Shown in pieces: positions 8,550-17,244 of a stretch of 32,511 bases of DNA (positions are counted from its first letter, which is position 1; each line of letters begins with the position of its first letter). The stretch covers positions 1-32,511 of the forward strand of contig JBEKZT010000001.1 of the NCBI GenBank assembly GCA_049509595.1. Reading direction: 5' to 3'. The DNA comes from Verrucomicrobiota bacterium. Its GTDB lineage: Bacteria > Verrucomicrobiota > Verrucomicrobiia > Limisphaerales > UBA11358. Position numbers and translations under genes: made by a program. The notes beneath the pieces were generated by a model. That model ran no database searches. It was not told the origin of the DNA and saw only the letters and a list, made by a program, of their open reading frames with translations.

Positions 8550-9701
8550 ATGAAAATCTGGCGCGGACAATTAATTTTCGTTGCGGCGATTGCACTTTTT
8601 CTCACCGGCTGTAACAAGCCGCCGGGCGAATCCGCCGCGAACAGCGACGTCATCAAGATCGGCGAGTTCGCGTCCATGACCGGCAGCGAGGCGACGTTCG
8701 GGCAGTCGTCGCACGACGGCACGGCGCTGGCGATTGACGACCTAAACGCGGCGGGCGGCGTGCTTGGCAAACAAATTCAATTACTCACCGAAGATGACCA
8801 GTCGCAGGCCGGCCAGCCGGCGACGGTCGTGCGCAAATTGATTTCGAGTGACGGTGTCGTCGCGATGCTCGGCGAAGTCGCGTCGTCGCGCTCCCTCGAA
8901 GCCGCGCCGATCTGCCAGGAAAATAAAATCCCGATGATTTCGCCGTCATCCACGAATCCAAAAGTGACCGAGGTCGGCGATTTTATTTTCCGCGTCTGTT
9001 TCATTGATCCGTTTCAAGGCACGGTCATGGCGAATTTTTCGCTGAACACGCTGCATCTGAAAAACGTCGCGGTGTTGACGGATGTAAAAAGCGATTATTC
9101 GCTCGGCCTTGCAAAATTTTTCAAGGAAAGTTTTGCGAACGGCGGCGGAAAAATCATCGCCGAACAAAATTACAGCGGCGGCGACAAGGATTTCAACGCG
9201 CAGTTGACCGCGATCAAGGCGCAAAATCCCGACGGCATTTTTGTCCCCGGTTATTACACGGAAGTCGGCCTGATCATTTTGCAGGCGCGGCAGCTCGGCC
9301 TGACCGTGCCGATTTTCGGCGGCGACGGCTGGGAATCGCCCGCGCTCGTGGCCATCGGCGGCGCGGCGACGGAAGGCTGCTATTACTCCACACATTTTTC
9401 GCCGCAAGACACGTCGCCCGCCGTGCAAAATTTCGTGAAGGAGTTCAAGGCCAAATACAACGAAACGCCCGACGCCATGGCCGCGCTCGGCTACGATTCG
9501 GCGATGATCCTGGCCGCCGCGATGAAAACCGCCGGCACGACCGACGGCGCAAAAGTCCGCGACGCGCTCGCGGCGACGAAGAATTTTCCCGGCGTCACCG
9601 GCAACATCACGATGGACGCGAACCGCAACGCCTCCAAGCCCGCCGTGATTTTGGAAATCAAAAACGGACAATTTCAATACGTGCAAACAGTGCAGCCGTG
9701 A
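8550..9701 (+). CDS. ABC transporter substrate-binding lipoprotein, branched-chain amino-acid (LivJ/LivK, PBP type 1) family
   Basis: The ORF track starts at 8403. ATG 8550 is preceded by GGAG at 8541-8544 and gives the lipoprotein signal MKIWRGQLIFVAAIALFLTGC (lipobox LTGC). ATG 8529 is an alternative start. The body (IKIGEFASMTGSEATFG ... VVAMLGEVASS ... IFVPGYYTEVG) matches Leu/Ile/Val-binding proteins. Confidence 0.88.
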   Translation: MKIWRGQLIFVAAIALFLTGCNKPPGESAANSDVIKIGEFASMTGSEATFGQSSHDGTALAIDDLNAAGGVLGKQIQLLTEDDQSQAGQPATVVRKLISSDGVVAMLGEVASSRSLEAAPICQENKIPMISPSSTNPKVTEVGDFIFRVCFIDPFQGTVMANFSLNTLHLKNVAVLTDVKSDYSLGLAKFFKESFANGGGKIIAEQNYSGGDKDFNAQLTAIKAQNPDGIFVPGYYTEVGLIILQARQLGLTVPIFGGDGWESPALVAIGGAATEGCYYSTHFSPQDTSPAVQNFVKEFKAKYNETPDAMAALGYDSAMILAAAMKTAGTTDGAKVRDALAATKNFPGVTGNITMDANRNASKPAVILEIKNGQFQYVQTVQP

Positions 9702-9704
9702 GGC

Positions 9705-10616
9705 ATGACTGAATTTTTACAGCAGTTGATCAACGGCCTCGCGCTCGGCTCGATTCTCGCGCTCATCGCGCTCGGCTACACGATGGTTTACGGAATTCTG
9801 CGTTTCATCAATTTCGCGCACGGCGACATTTTCATGCTCGGCGCGTTCGCCGGATTTTATCTCGCGCCGAAAGTCGCGGCATTTTTGCCGATGCCGTCCA
9901 TCGGCGGCGGACTCGCGGTCATGGGAATTTCGATGGCGATTTGCGCGGTCATCGGCATCGTGATTGAAAAACTTGCGTATCGTCCGTTGCGCCGCAGTCC
10001 GAAATTGACCGTGCTCATCACCGCCATCGGCGTTTCGCTTTTAATCGAATACACCTGCCAAAACGACCATGTGTTCGGTGCCGCGCCAAAAAGTTTCCCC
10101 GCAATATTTCCCACTCATCACATCACGCAACTCGGCGGCTTGAGCCTCAACAGCAATCAAATCGTCGTGTTCGCCGTCACCTTGATCTTGCTGCTCGCGC
10201 TGCGGTTCATCGTTTTGAAAACAAAAATCGGCATGGCCATGCGCGCGCTGTCGTTCAATCCCGAAGCCGCCGCGCTGATGGGCATCAATACCGACGTCGT
10301 CATCTCGTTCACGTTCGGCCTCGGCTCGGCGCTGGCAGCGGCGGCGGGACTTTTGTTCGCGGTGAATTATCCGGCGATTGATCCGCTCATGGGAATTTTG
10401 CCGGGGCTGAAGGCATTTGTCGCGGCGGTGCTCGGCGGCATCGGCAATCTCCCCGGCGCGGCGCTCGGCGGGATCATCATCGGCGTCACCGAAACGCTCG
10501 TCGCCGGCTACATCTCCTCGACCTACCGCGACGCGATTGCGTTCGGCATTTTGATTTTGATTTTGCTCGTCAAACCGTCCGGCTTGCTCGGCAAAAAGGA
10601 AATTGAAAAAGTATGA
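9705..10616 (+). CDS. livH: Branched-chain amino-acid ABC transporter permease (LivH family)
   Basis: 303 aa. The start MTEFLQQLINGLALGSILALIALGYTMVYGILRFINFAHGD is the canonical LivH N-terminus. It begins 3 nt after the binding-protein stop. Confidence 0.93.
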   Translation: MTEFLQQLINGLALGSILALIALGYTMVYGILRFINFAHGDIFMLGAFAGFYLAPKVAAFLPMPSIGGGLAVMGISMAICAVIGIVIEKLAYRPLRRSPKLTVLITAIGVSLLIEYTCQNDHVFGAAPKSFPAIFPTHHITQLGGLSLNSNQIVVFAVTLILLLALRFIVLKTKIGMAMRALSFNPEAAALMGINTDVVISFTFGLGSALAAAAGLLFAVNYPAIDPLMGILPGLKAFVAAVLGGIGNLPGAALGGIIIGVTETLVAGYISSTYRDAIAFGILILILLVKPSGLLGKKEIEKV

Positions 10617-11680
10617 ATTTCAATCGTGCCAAAACTTTCTTACGCGAAAAAGCGGCGCTGTATTTTAAATCTATCAAAGGTTTTTTGCTTGGTGCAATCG
10701 CGTTGGGATCTAAATACACCAAAACTTTTCTGCTCGGCGCGATTGCGTTGTTTTTTTTAATTTCGCTGTTTGCTAATCAAATCAATTCCTACTGGCTGTT
10801 CATCAGCTACGACATCGGCATCAACATCATTCTCGCCGTCAGTTTGAATTTGATCAACGGCTACACCGGGCAATTTTCGCTCGGGCATGCGGGTTTCATG
10901 GCCGTCGGCGCTTACACGGCGGCGGTCATCACAAACCAATTCGGCGAACTGAATCCATTTTTGTCCGGCGCGGTTTTTCTCGGCGCGCTGCTCGCGGGAG
11001 GATTGCTCGCGGCGGTCGCCGGATTGCTCGTGGGAATTCCCACGCTGCGTTTGCGCGGCGACTACCTTGCCATTGTCACGCTCGGCCTCGGCGAAATCAT
11101 CCGCGTTGTTTTTCAGAACATGCAATCCGTCGGCGGCGCGCGCGGTTTGAGCGTGATGCACGGCTGGACGAATTTTTTCTGGGCGTTCGGTTTCGCCGCC
11201 GTGACGGTTTATGTCGTCACCGCGCTCATCCATTCCACTTACGGACGCGGCTTCATCGCCGTGCGCGACGACGAAGTCGCGGCCTCGGCGATGGGCGTCA
11301 GCACGACCAAATACAAAGTCACCGCGTTTGTCGTCGGCGCGTTTTTCGCGGGCATCGCGGGCGGACTTTACGCGCACTCGAAACAATTCATCACGCCCGG
11401 CGGCTTCGGCTTCATGCAATCCATCGCCATCGTCGTGATGGTCATCCTCGGCGGCATCGGCAACATCATCGGCGTCATCATCGCCGCGATTTTGCTGACG
11501 CTGCTGCCGGAAGGATTGCGGAAAATTGCCGACATTGAACATATTCCCGGCATTGCCGCGCAATTTCCATTAAGCTGGGTTGCCGGTGTGCGCATGATCA
11601 TTTATTCGCTGTTGCTGATAATTTTGATGCTCACGCAGCCACAAGGTTTGTTCAGCCTGCGAAAATCTCCGTCAAAATAA
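10613..11680 (+). CDS. livM: Branched-chain amino-acid ABC transporter permease (LivM family)
   Basis: 355 aa and polytopic. The motif LNLINGYTGQFSLGHAGFMAVGAYTAA is typical of LivM. It overlaps livH as ATGA. Confidence 0.92.
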   Translation: MNFNRAKTFLREKAALYFKSIKGFLLGAIALGSKYTKTFLLGAIALFFLISLFANQINSYWLFISYDIGINIILAVSLNLINGYTGQFSLGHAGFMAVGAYTAAVITNQFGELNPFLSGAVFLGALLAGGLLAAVAGLLVGIPTLRLRGDYLAIVTLGLGEIIRVVFQNMQSVGGARGLSVMHGWTNFFWAFGFAAVTVYVVTALIHSTYGRGFIAVRDDEVAASAMGVSTTKYKVTAFVVGAFFAGIAGGLYAHSKQFITPGGFGFMQSIAIVVMVILGGIGNIIGVIIAAILLTLLPEGLRKIADIEHIPGIAAQFPLSWVAGVRMIIYSLLLIILMLTQPQGLFSLRKSPSK

Positions 11681-11681
11681 A

Positions 11682-12461
11682 ATGTCCACGCTCTTGCAAC
11701 TCGACAGGGCCACCATCCGCTTCGGCGGATTGACGGCGGTGTCGGAACTGGACTTGCAAATCGGGCGGAACGAATTAGTTGGTTTGATCGGCCCGAACGG
11801 CGCGGGCAAAACAACGGCGTTCAATCTGATCACCGGCGTTTATCAGCCGACCAGCGGTGAAATTATTTTTGACGGCCAATCTCTCGTCGGTCGCAAGCCG
11901 CACCAGATTGCCAAGCGCGGCATCGCACGAACATTTCAAAACATCCGGCTGTTCGCTTCAATGACGGTGTTCGACAATGTGCGCACCGCCGCGCGCTTGC
12001 ATTGCCCGCGCGGCGTCCGCAACGCGCTCTGGCGCGGACGCGCCTTCCGCGACGGCGAAAAAGAAATCGCCGGCGAAGTAATGGCACTCCTGGAAATTTT
12101 TCAACTCGGAAAATTCCGAGAGACGTCGGCGAAAAGTTTGAACTACGGCGACCAGCGGCGATTGGAAATCGTCCGCGCGCTGGCGACGAAGCCGAAATTG
12201 CTGTTGCTCGACGAACCCGCCGCCGGCATGAACGCGAGCGAAAAGACCGAATTGATGCGGCTCATTCAGTTCATCAAGGACAAATTCCAGATTTCCGTTT
12301 TGCTGGTGGAGCATGACATGAAAGTCGTCATGGGCATCTGCGAACGCATCGCCGTTCTGGATTACGGCGTGAAAATCGCCGAGGGAAAACCTGACGAAAT
12401 CCGCGCGAATCCAAAAGTGATTGAGGCATATTTAGGAGAAGAACATCCAAAAAATGTTTAG
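11682..12461 (+). CDS. livG: Branched-chain amino-acid ABC transporter ATP-binding protein (LivG family)
   Basis: 259 aa with Walker A GPNGAGKTT, signature LNYGDQRRLEIVRAL, Walker B LLLLDEPAAG and the LivG-type C-terminal extension (IRANPKVIEAYLG). Confidence 0.94.
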   Translation: MSTLLQLDRATIRFGGLTAVSELDLQIGRNELVGLIGPNGAGKTTAFNLITGVYQPTSGEIIFDGQSLVGRKPHQIAKRGIARTFQNIRLFASMTVFDNVRTAARLHCPRGVRNALWRGRAFRDGEKEIAGEVMALLEIFQLGKFRETSAKSLNYGDQRRLEIVRALATKPKLLLLDEPAAGMNASEKTELMRLIQFIKDKFQISVLLVEHDMKVVMGICERIAVLDYGVKIAEGKPDEIRANPKVIEAYLGEEHPKNV

Positions 12462-12464
12462 TCA

Positions 12465-12556
12465 GCCACAGAGACACAGAGGCACAGAGGAAATTCTGGA
12501 AATTTATTTTCGGAAAACTCCGGCTTTTTTTCTCTGTGTCTCTGTGTCTCTGTGGC
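12465..12556. repeat. REP/MITE-like palindromic element: long (CACAGAG)n-type inverted repeat filling the livG-livF spacer
   Basis: The left arm 12466-12489 (CCACAGAGACACAGAGGCACAGAG) pairs with the right arm 12532-12555 (CTCTGTGTCTCTGTGTCTCTGTGG) at 24 of 24 positions, counting one G:T wobble. The helix is extendable to about 29 pairs (12465-12493 with 12528-12556). The 34-nt loop contains a mini-hairpin CGGA-AAAC-TCCG followed by a T7 run. I saw only one copy in the window. Confidence 0.8.
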
Positions 12557-12563
12557 AAATCCC

Positions 12564-13271
12564 ATGTTAGAAATAAAAAATCTTCAAGTCAGCTACGGCG
12601 CAATCAACGCGCTGCATGGAATCTCGTTGTCTGTGCCGGACGGAAAAATCGTCACGCTCATCGGCGCGAACGGCGCGGGCAAGACGACGGCGCTCAAGAC
12701 GATTTCCGGCCTGCTCAAGCCAAAGTCCGGCGAAATTTTTTACGACGGCAAAAACATCGCCGGCCTGCCGCCGCATCAAATCGTCGCGCGCGGATTGTCG
12801 CACGTTCCCGAGGGCCGGATGATTTTTGCGAACCTGACCGTGCTGGAAAATTTGCTGCTCGGCGCGTATTTGCAGAAAGACCGAAAAATCATCCGGCACG
12901 AACTCGAACACGTCTTCAGTTTGTTCCCGCGATTGAAAGAACGCGAAAAACAAATCGCCGGAACATTGAGCGGCGGCGAACAGCAAATGCTGGCGATTGG
13001 ACGCGCGCTGATGAGCAAGCCGAAATTGCTTTTGCTCGACGAACCGTCGCTCGGCCTCGCGCCGTTGCTGGTGAAAACTATTTTTGAAAAAATTGTCGAA
13101 ATAAACCGCGAGCAGGGCATCACAATTTTGCTGGTGGAACAGAACGCCCACCTAGCTTTAGAAATTTCCCATTTCGGCTACGTTTTGGAAACGGGCAAGG
13201 TTTTGTTGTCGGGCGACTCCGCTTCACTTCGCCAGAATCCTCAGGTCAAAAGCGCCTATCTCGGCGGCTGA
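12564..13271 (+). CDS. livF: Branched-chain amino-acid ABC transporter ATP-binding protein (LivF family)
   Basis: The ORF track starts at GTG 12552, which lies inside the hairpin arm. ATG 12564 gives the canonical MLEIKNLQVSYG start. Walker A GANGAGKTT, signature LSGGEQQMLAIGRAL and Walker B LLLLDEPSLGLAP are present. Confidence 0.93.
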   Translation: MLEIKNLQVSYGAINALHGISLSVPDGKIVTLIGANGAGKTTALKTISGLLKPKSGEIFYDGKNIAGLPPHQIVARGLSHVPEGRMIFANLTVLENLLLGAYLQKDRKIIRHELEHVFSLFPRLKEREKQIAGTLSGGEQQMLAIGRALMSKPKLLLLDEPSLGLAPLLVKTIFEKIVEINREQGITILLVEQNAHLALEISHFGYVLETGKVLLSGDSASLRQNPQVKSAYLGG

Positions 13272-13312
13272 AAAGTAGTGATCCAATTTTGCTATTAATC
13301 TGCGATGGGCAA

Positions 13313-14254
13313 TCAATGCGCACGGTGAATGATTGCATATTGAACAATGAAAAGAATTCCATCGCAAATCGCTATGATTGCAAAAATGGTCTTCAATACT
13401 ATCGGGTTGGAATGACGACTCAAGAAAGGGGCCAGTCGCGCGCCAAAAACGCAACCCAACCCGGTAAAAGCGGCGATGTTCCAAGGTATCCCTCCGAGTA
13501 GAAATTGATGGACAAGGGTCAGAAAAATAGAATTGATTGAAAGCAATACCACCCCCAAGCCGATGCACATGGTGACATCCACCCCATAAACAAGCATCAG
13601 GAGCGCGGCAACGAGTTCGCCTTCGCCGATGGCTATCCAGCCGGTGATGAGTCCGCCGATGACGGCAATAATGAAAAGCGGAACCGACGCGTTTGGAGGA
13701 ATCTCCGTGCGCGCTGCTGATTTCGCCGCCCTGCGCGAGAGGACAATGGTCAGGATCCCCAGCAAAATTGAAACCGGACCGAAAAGCAGTTTGACCAGCA
13801 ACGCGCTGGGATGAATCACCAGTGAGCTGATGGAACTTCCAATCAGCAGCCCTGGCACGGTGAGTTTCAAAGCGCGCAGGGGAACCACTCTTTTTTGCAT
13901 CCACCCGATGGCACCGCTAGTCATTCCCCAAGACTGGCTGGCCAGCGCAATTTTCAATGCGGTCACAGGTGGCAGATGAAAAATAAATATGATGACCGGG
14001 ATGAAAACGATCCCGCCGCCCACGGCTGAAATGTTTCCGAGAATCGCGCCGCAAAAACCGACCGGGATGTAAATCCAATGCTGTTTGAACAGGGCGATGG
14101 GATCGTGCGCCAGGCTGAAATAGCCGGATATCCAGACGACGACAAATAACACCAACCACCAGGACCAATAACGAAAATGACGTTCAATTCCCTGACCGGT
14201 CGTTTTTTTAACTTCAATTATGGTTGAGGCTAAGTTTTCGCTGATGGAGTTCAT
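13313..14254 (-). CDS. TauE/SafE (DUF81) family anion/sulfite-exporter-like membrane protein
   Basis: 313 aa and polytopic. It has internally repeated Gly-rich helices (GNISAVGGGIVFIPVIIFIF and AVIGGLITGWIAIGEGELV) typical of TauE/SafE permeases. It is convergent with livF, and its composition is somewhat AT-richer than the flanks. Confidence 0.8.
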   Translation of the reverse strand: MNSISENLASTIIEVKKTTGQGIERHFRYWSWWLVLFVVVWISGYFSLAHDPIALFKQHWIYIPVGFCGAILGNISAVGGGIVFIPVIIFIFHLPPVTALKIALASQSWGMTSGAIGWMQKRVVPLRALKLTVPGLLIGSSISSLVIHPSALLVKLLFGPVSILLGILTIVLSRRAAKSAARTEIPPNASVPLFIIAVIGGLITGWIAIGEGELVAALLMLVYGVDVTMCIGLGVVLLSINSIFLTLVHQFLLGGIPWNIAAFTGLGCVFGARLAPFLSRHSNPIVLKTIFAIIAICDGILFIVQYAIIHRAH

Positions 14255-14365
14255 AGCGGGTTATTTATTCAATGAGAAAATCATAATTAAGCTACAGCTG
14301 CCGCCAAATCAAGAAAAGGTTTCACAAATTATTGAAAGCATGCCGCTACCGGCTGAAATGTCCTA

Positions 14366-14393
14366 TTGACTTCGTTCGCGCGTTTGTTAAATT
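14366..14393 (+). promoter_or_regulatory. Candidate sigma70-type promoter for rplM-rpsI
   Basis: A -35 TTGACT (14366-14371) is followed by a 16-nt spacer and a -10 TAAATT (14388-14393). A TG at 14385-14386 gives an extended -10. The element ends 25 nt upstream of the rplM ATG. Confidence 0.45.
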
Positions 14394-14418
14394 CGATGTC
14401 CCTTTGTTCAGTTTTAAG

Positions 14419-14853
14419 ATGAAAACGTATTTGCCAAAAGTAAATTTGGATGAACGCAAGTGGCACGTCATTGATGCCGATGGCGCGGTACTTGGCCGGT
14501 TGGCCGCGCAGGTTGCCGACGTTTTGCGCGGCAAAAACAAACCCATCTACACGCCGCACCTCGATGCCGGTGACTTTGTCGTTGTCATTAACGCCGAGAA
14601 GGTGCGCGTCACCGGCAAAAAGGAAACGGACAAAAAGTTCATGACCTACTCCGGCTGGAAAGGCGGCGAGAAATACGCCACCGTCGAGCAGGTTCGCGCG
14701 AAACATCCCGAAAAACTCATCACGCACGCCGTCAAAGGCATGATCCCAAAAAACCGGCTCGGCGACCAGTTGCTGACCAAACTGAAAGTGTTCAAAGGCG
14801 GCAAACACCCGCATGCGGCGCAAATGCCTGCTGCGCTCGCCGTTGCCAAATAA
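14419..14853 (+). CDS. rplM: 50S ribosomal protein L13
   Basis: The ORF track begins at 14332. The internal ATG at 14419 gives [62 protein letters not shown], the canonical L13 sequence. Confidence 0.95.
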   Translation: MKTYLPKVNLDERKWHVIDADGAVLGRLAAQVADVLRGKNKPIYTPHLDAGDFVVVINAEKVRVTGKKETDKKFMTYSGWKGGEKYATVEQVRAKHPEKLITHAVKGMIPKNRLGDQLLTKLKVFKGGKHPHAAQMPAALAVAK

Positions 14854-14861
14854 TTTTTCGT

Positions 14862-15260
14862 ATGGCCAAAACCACTAATGAATATCTCGGAACGGGACGC
14901 CGCAAAACCGCCGTGGCGCGGATTCGTCTTGCGACCGGCAGCGGCAAGATCACCGTCAACGGACGGACGTTTGAAAATTATTTCCCGCTCGAAACACAGC
15001 GTTCCATCGCCACGCAGCCGTTGACAGTAGCTGGCGCAGTGGAAAAATTTGATGTGCGAGTGAATGTCGCCGGTGGGGGACCAAACGGTCAGGCCGACGC
15101 CGTGCGCCACGGGCTTGCCCGTGCGTTGATTCAGTTTGACGCGAACCTGCGTCCGCCGCTGAAGGCGGAAGGTTTGCTTACGCGCGATCCGCGTATGCGC
15201 GAACGCAAAAAATACGGCCAGCCGGGCGCACGCAAGCGCTTCCAGTTCTCGAAACGTTAA
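14862..15260 (+). CDS. rpsI: 30S ribosomal protein S9
   Basis: 132 aa. [14 protein letters not shown] and the C-terminal [17 protein letters not shown] are hallmark S9 motifs. Confidence 0.96.
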   Translation: MAKTTNEYLGTGRRKTAVARIRLATGSGKITVNGRTFENYFPLETQRSIATQPLTVAGAVEKFDVRVNVAGGGPNGQADAVRHGLARALIQFDANLRPPLKAEGLLTRDPRMRERKKYGQPGARKRFQFSKR

Positions 15261-15280
15261 TCGCACTGGAAATTTCCAAG

Positions 15281-15310
15281 CCCTGCTGGTTTATCCGGCA
15301 GGGTTTTTTT
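15281..15310 (+). terminator. Rho-independent terminator of rplM-rpsI
   Basis: CCCTGCTGG (15281-15289) pairs with CCGGCAGGG (15295-15303), 9 bp including one G:U, with the 5-nt loop TTTAT. A T7 run follows at 15304-15310. It begins 21 nt after the rpsI stop. Confidence 0.8.
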
Positions 15311-15350
15311 GTTTTGAGAAATGCCTTAATACGGTAAAAGAAAGGTCGAA

Positions 15351-16388
15351 ATGAAATCGAAAAAAGTCGCCATTGTCGGCGCATCCGGTTACTCCGGCGA
15401 AGTTTTGGTGCAGTTGCTGTTGGACCATCCGCATGCGGAATTGGCGGCGGTGACTTCGCGCCAAAATACCGGGCAAACGCTCGCGCAAGTTTTCCCAAAA
15501 TTCGCCAGCCATCCGAAATCGAAAATGCTCCGCTTGGTCGAGCCGAATGCTGAAGTGTTGGCGAAGCAGGCGGATGTAATTTTTCTGGCGTTGCCCCACG
15601 GTGTTGCCACCGAATATGCCGTGCCGCTTCTCAATGCCGGCTGCGTGGTCATTGATTTGAGCGCGGATTTCCGGCTCAAGAGCGCGGAGATTTACAAAGA
15701 ATTTTACGCGCATGACCATCCTGCGCGGGATTTGCTGCAAAAATCTGTTTATGGTTTACCGGAAATTTACCGGGACGAGATTAAAAAATCCTTACTTATC
15801 GCGTCGCCGGGCTGTTATCCAACGAGCATTTTGCTGCCGTTGATTCCGCTGCTCAAAGCTGGACTCATCAAACCGACCGGCATCATCGCCGATTCCTTGA
15901 GCGGCGTCAGCGGCGCAGGCCGCAAAATTGAAGGTGAATATCTTTTTGTCGAATGCAACGAAAGCGTGCGGCCTTACGGCGTGCCGAAGCACCGGCATTT
16001 GTCCGAGATTGAGGAACAACTTTCGTTTGCGGCTAAAACGCAGGTAACGATCCAATTCACGCCGCATTTGATTCCGGTCAATCGCGGCATTTTGACGACA
16101 ATTTATCTTGAGCCGACGAAGAAATTGTCCGACGAAAAAATTTTCGCGTGCTATGCAAAGGCCTTCGGCAACGAACCGTTTGTCCGTTTGCTGGAAGGCA
16201 AATCATTGCCTGACACAAAAAACGTTGTTGGCACAAATGTGATTGAAATCGCGTGGCGGCTCGACGCACGCACCGGACGGCTCATCGTGATGAGCGCGGA
16301 AGATAATCTGGTCAAAGGCGCGAGCGGCCAGGCCGTGCAAAGCATGAATATTTTATGCGGCTGGCCGGAAACAGCGGGATTAGTTTAA
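15351..16388 (+). CDS. argC: N-acetyl-gamma-glutamyl-phosphate reductase
   Basis: 345 aa with the Rossmann start VAIVGASGYSGEVLVQLL, the catalytic-Cys motif ASPGCYPTS and the C-terminal DNLVKGASGQAVQSMN. Confidence 0.94.
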   Translation: MKSKKVAIVGASGYSGEVLVQLLLDHPHAELAAVTSRQNTGQTLAQVFPKFASHPKSKMLRLVEPNAEVLAKQADVIFLALPHGVATEYAVPLLNAGCVVIDLSADFRLKSAEIYKEFYAHDHPARDLLQKSVYGLPEIYRDEIKKSLLIASPGCYPTSILLPLIPLLKAGLIKPTGIIADSLSGVSGAGRKIEGEYLFVECNESVRPYGVPKHRHLSEIEEQLSFAAKTQVTIQFTPHLIPVNRGILTTIYLEPTKKLSDEKIFACYAKAFGNEPFVRLLEGKSLPDTKNVVGTNVIEIAWRLDARTGRLIVMSAEDNLVKGASGQAVQSMNILCGWPETAGLV

Positions 16389-16391
16389 GCC

Positions 16392-17201
16392 GTGCCTGCA
16401 ACTGTTGCTAAACCTGCGAAATGGAACGCGGCGGATTACGCCGCGAATTCCGTCGTGCAGCAAACCTGGGCGCGTGAACTCATTGCACAGTTCAATCTGC
16501 GCGGCAACGAACAAATCTTGGATGTCGGCTGCGGCGACGGCAAAGTGACGGCGGAAATCGCCAGCGCGTTGCCGCGCGGTCTGACGACCGGAGTTGACGC
16601 TTCACCGCAAATGATTGCGTTCGCAAAAAAAACCTTTCCGCCGAAAAAATTTCCAAGCCTGGAGTTCCTCGTCATGGACGCGAGAAAAATAAAATTCACG
16701 CGACAATTTGATTTCGTTTTTTCCAACGCGGCGTTGCATTGGCTCGACGATCATCAAGCATTTTTGCGCGGTGCGGCGGCGTGTTTGCGTTCCCGCGGAC
16801 GGCTGGTTGTTTCGTGCGGCGGAAAAGGCAATGCCCATGATGTTTTTATCGCTTTGCGGCCGGAAATGCGGTTGAAACGCTGGCGCGAATTTTTCCGCCG
16901 GATGCCCGCGCCGTATTTTTTTTACTCACCGGAAAATTACGAGAAATGGCTACCGCGCTTTGGTTTCAAACAATGTAGTGTCAAGCTTACGCCAAAGGAC
17001 GCGACTTACAATGGCCGCGACGGTTTTGCCGCGTGGCTGCGCTCGACATGGCTGCCTTACACGCAGCGCGTGCCGGAAAATCTGCGCGAGGAATTCATCG
17101 CGGCTGTCACGGAACGCTACGTTGCAAAACATCCGCCGGATGGGGAAGGCAAAGTCCACGTCCACATGGTGCGGCTGGAAATTAACGCGGTAAAAGTTTG
17201 A
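16392..17201 (+). CDS. Class I SAM-dependent methyltransferase (trans-aconitate methyltransferase-like)
   Basis: 269 aa with a GTG start 3 nt after the argC stop. SAM-binding motif I ILDVGCGDGKVT is present, followed by FDFVFSNAALHWL. The substrate cannot be determined from sequence. Confidence 0.8.
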   Translation: MPATVAKPAKWNAADYAANSVVQQTWARELIAQFNLRGNEQILDVGCGDGKVTAEIASALPRGLTTGVDASPQMIAFAKKTFPPKKFPSLEFLVMDARKIKFTRQFDFVFSNAALHWLDDHQAFLRGAAACLRSRGRLVVSCGGKGNAHDVFIALRPEMRLKRWREFFRRMPAPYFFYSPENYEKWLPRFGFKQCSVKLTPKDATYNGRDGFAAWLRSTWLPYTQRVPENLREEFIAAVTERYVAKHPPDGEGKVHVHMVRLEINAVKV

Positions 17202-17244
17202 AAACCTTGGGCGCAGTCCGCAAATTTCTGTACGCGGCATCAAA

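Noticed and set aside
8946-9686. 246-aa minus-strand ORF opposite the Liv substrate-binding protein gene
   Set aside because: It is an Arg/Gly/His-rich shadow ORF, and the + strand product has a clear LivJ-like sequence. The same reasoning applies to 10757..11563 (opposite livM), 11958..12314 (opposite livG) and 12567..13151 (opposite livF).
12328-12558. 76-aa minus-strand ORF (MPQRHRDTEKK…SVSLWLTK…) and the + strand ORF 12536..13087
   Set aside because: Both are generated by reading through the arms of the CACAGAG palindromic element, or out of frame through livF. They are artefacts of the repeat, not genes.
13224-13904. 226-aa alternative-frame minus-strand ORF overlapping the TauE/SafE gene and the end of livF
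   Set aside because: The 313-aa frame gives a coherent polytopic membrane protein with TauE-type Gly-rich helices. The alternative frame is Arg/His-rich and would run into livF.
14646-15266. 206-aa minus-strand ORF covering rplM/rpsI
   Set aside because: It lies antisense to two unmistakable ribosomal protein genes. It has no motifs and an Arg-rich composition.
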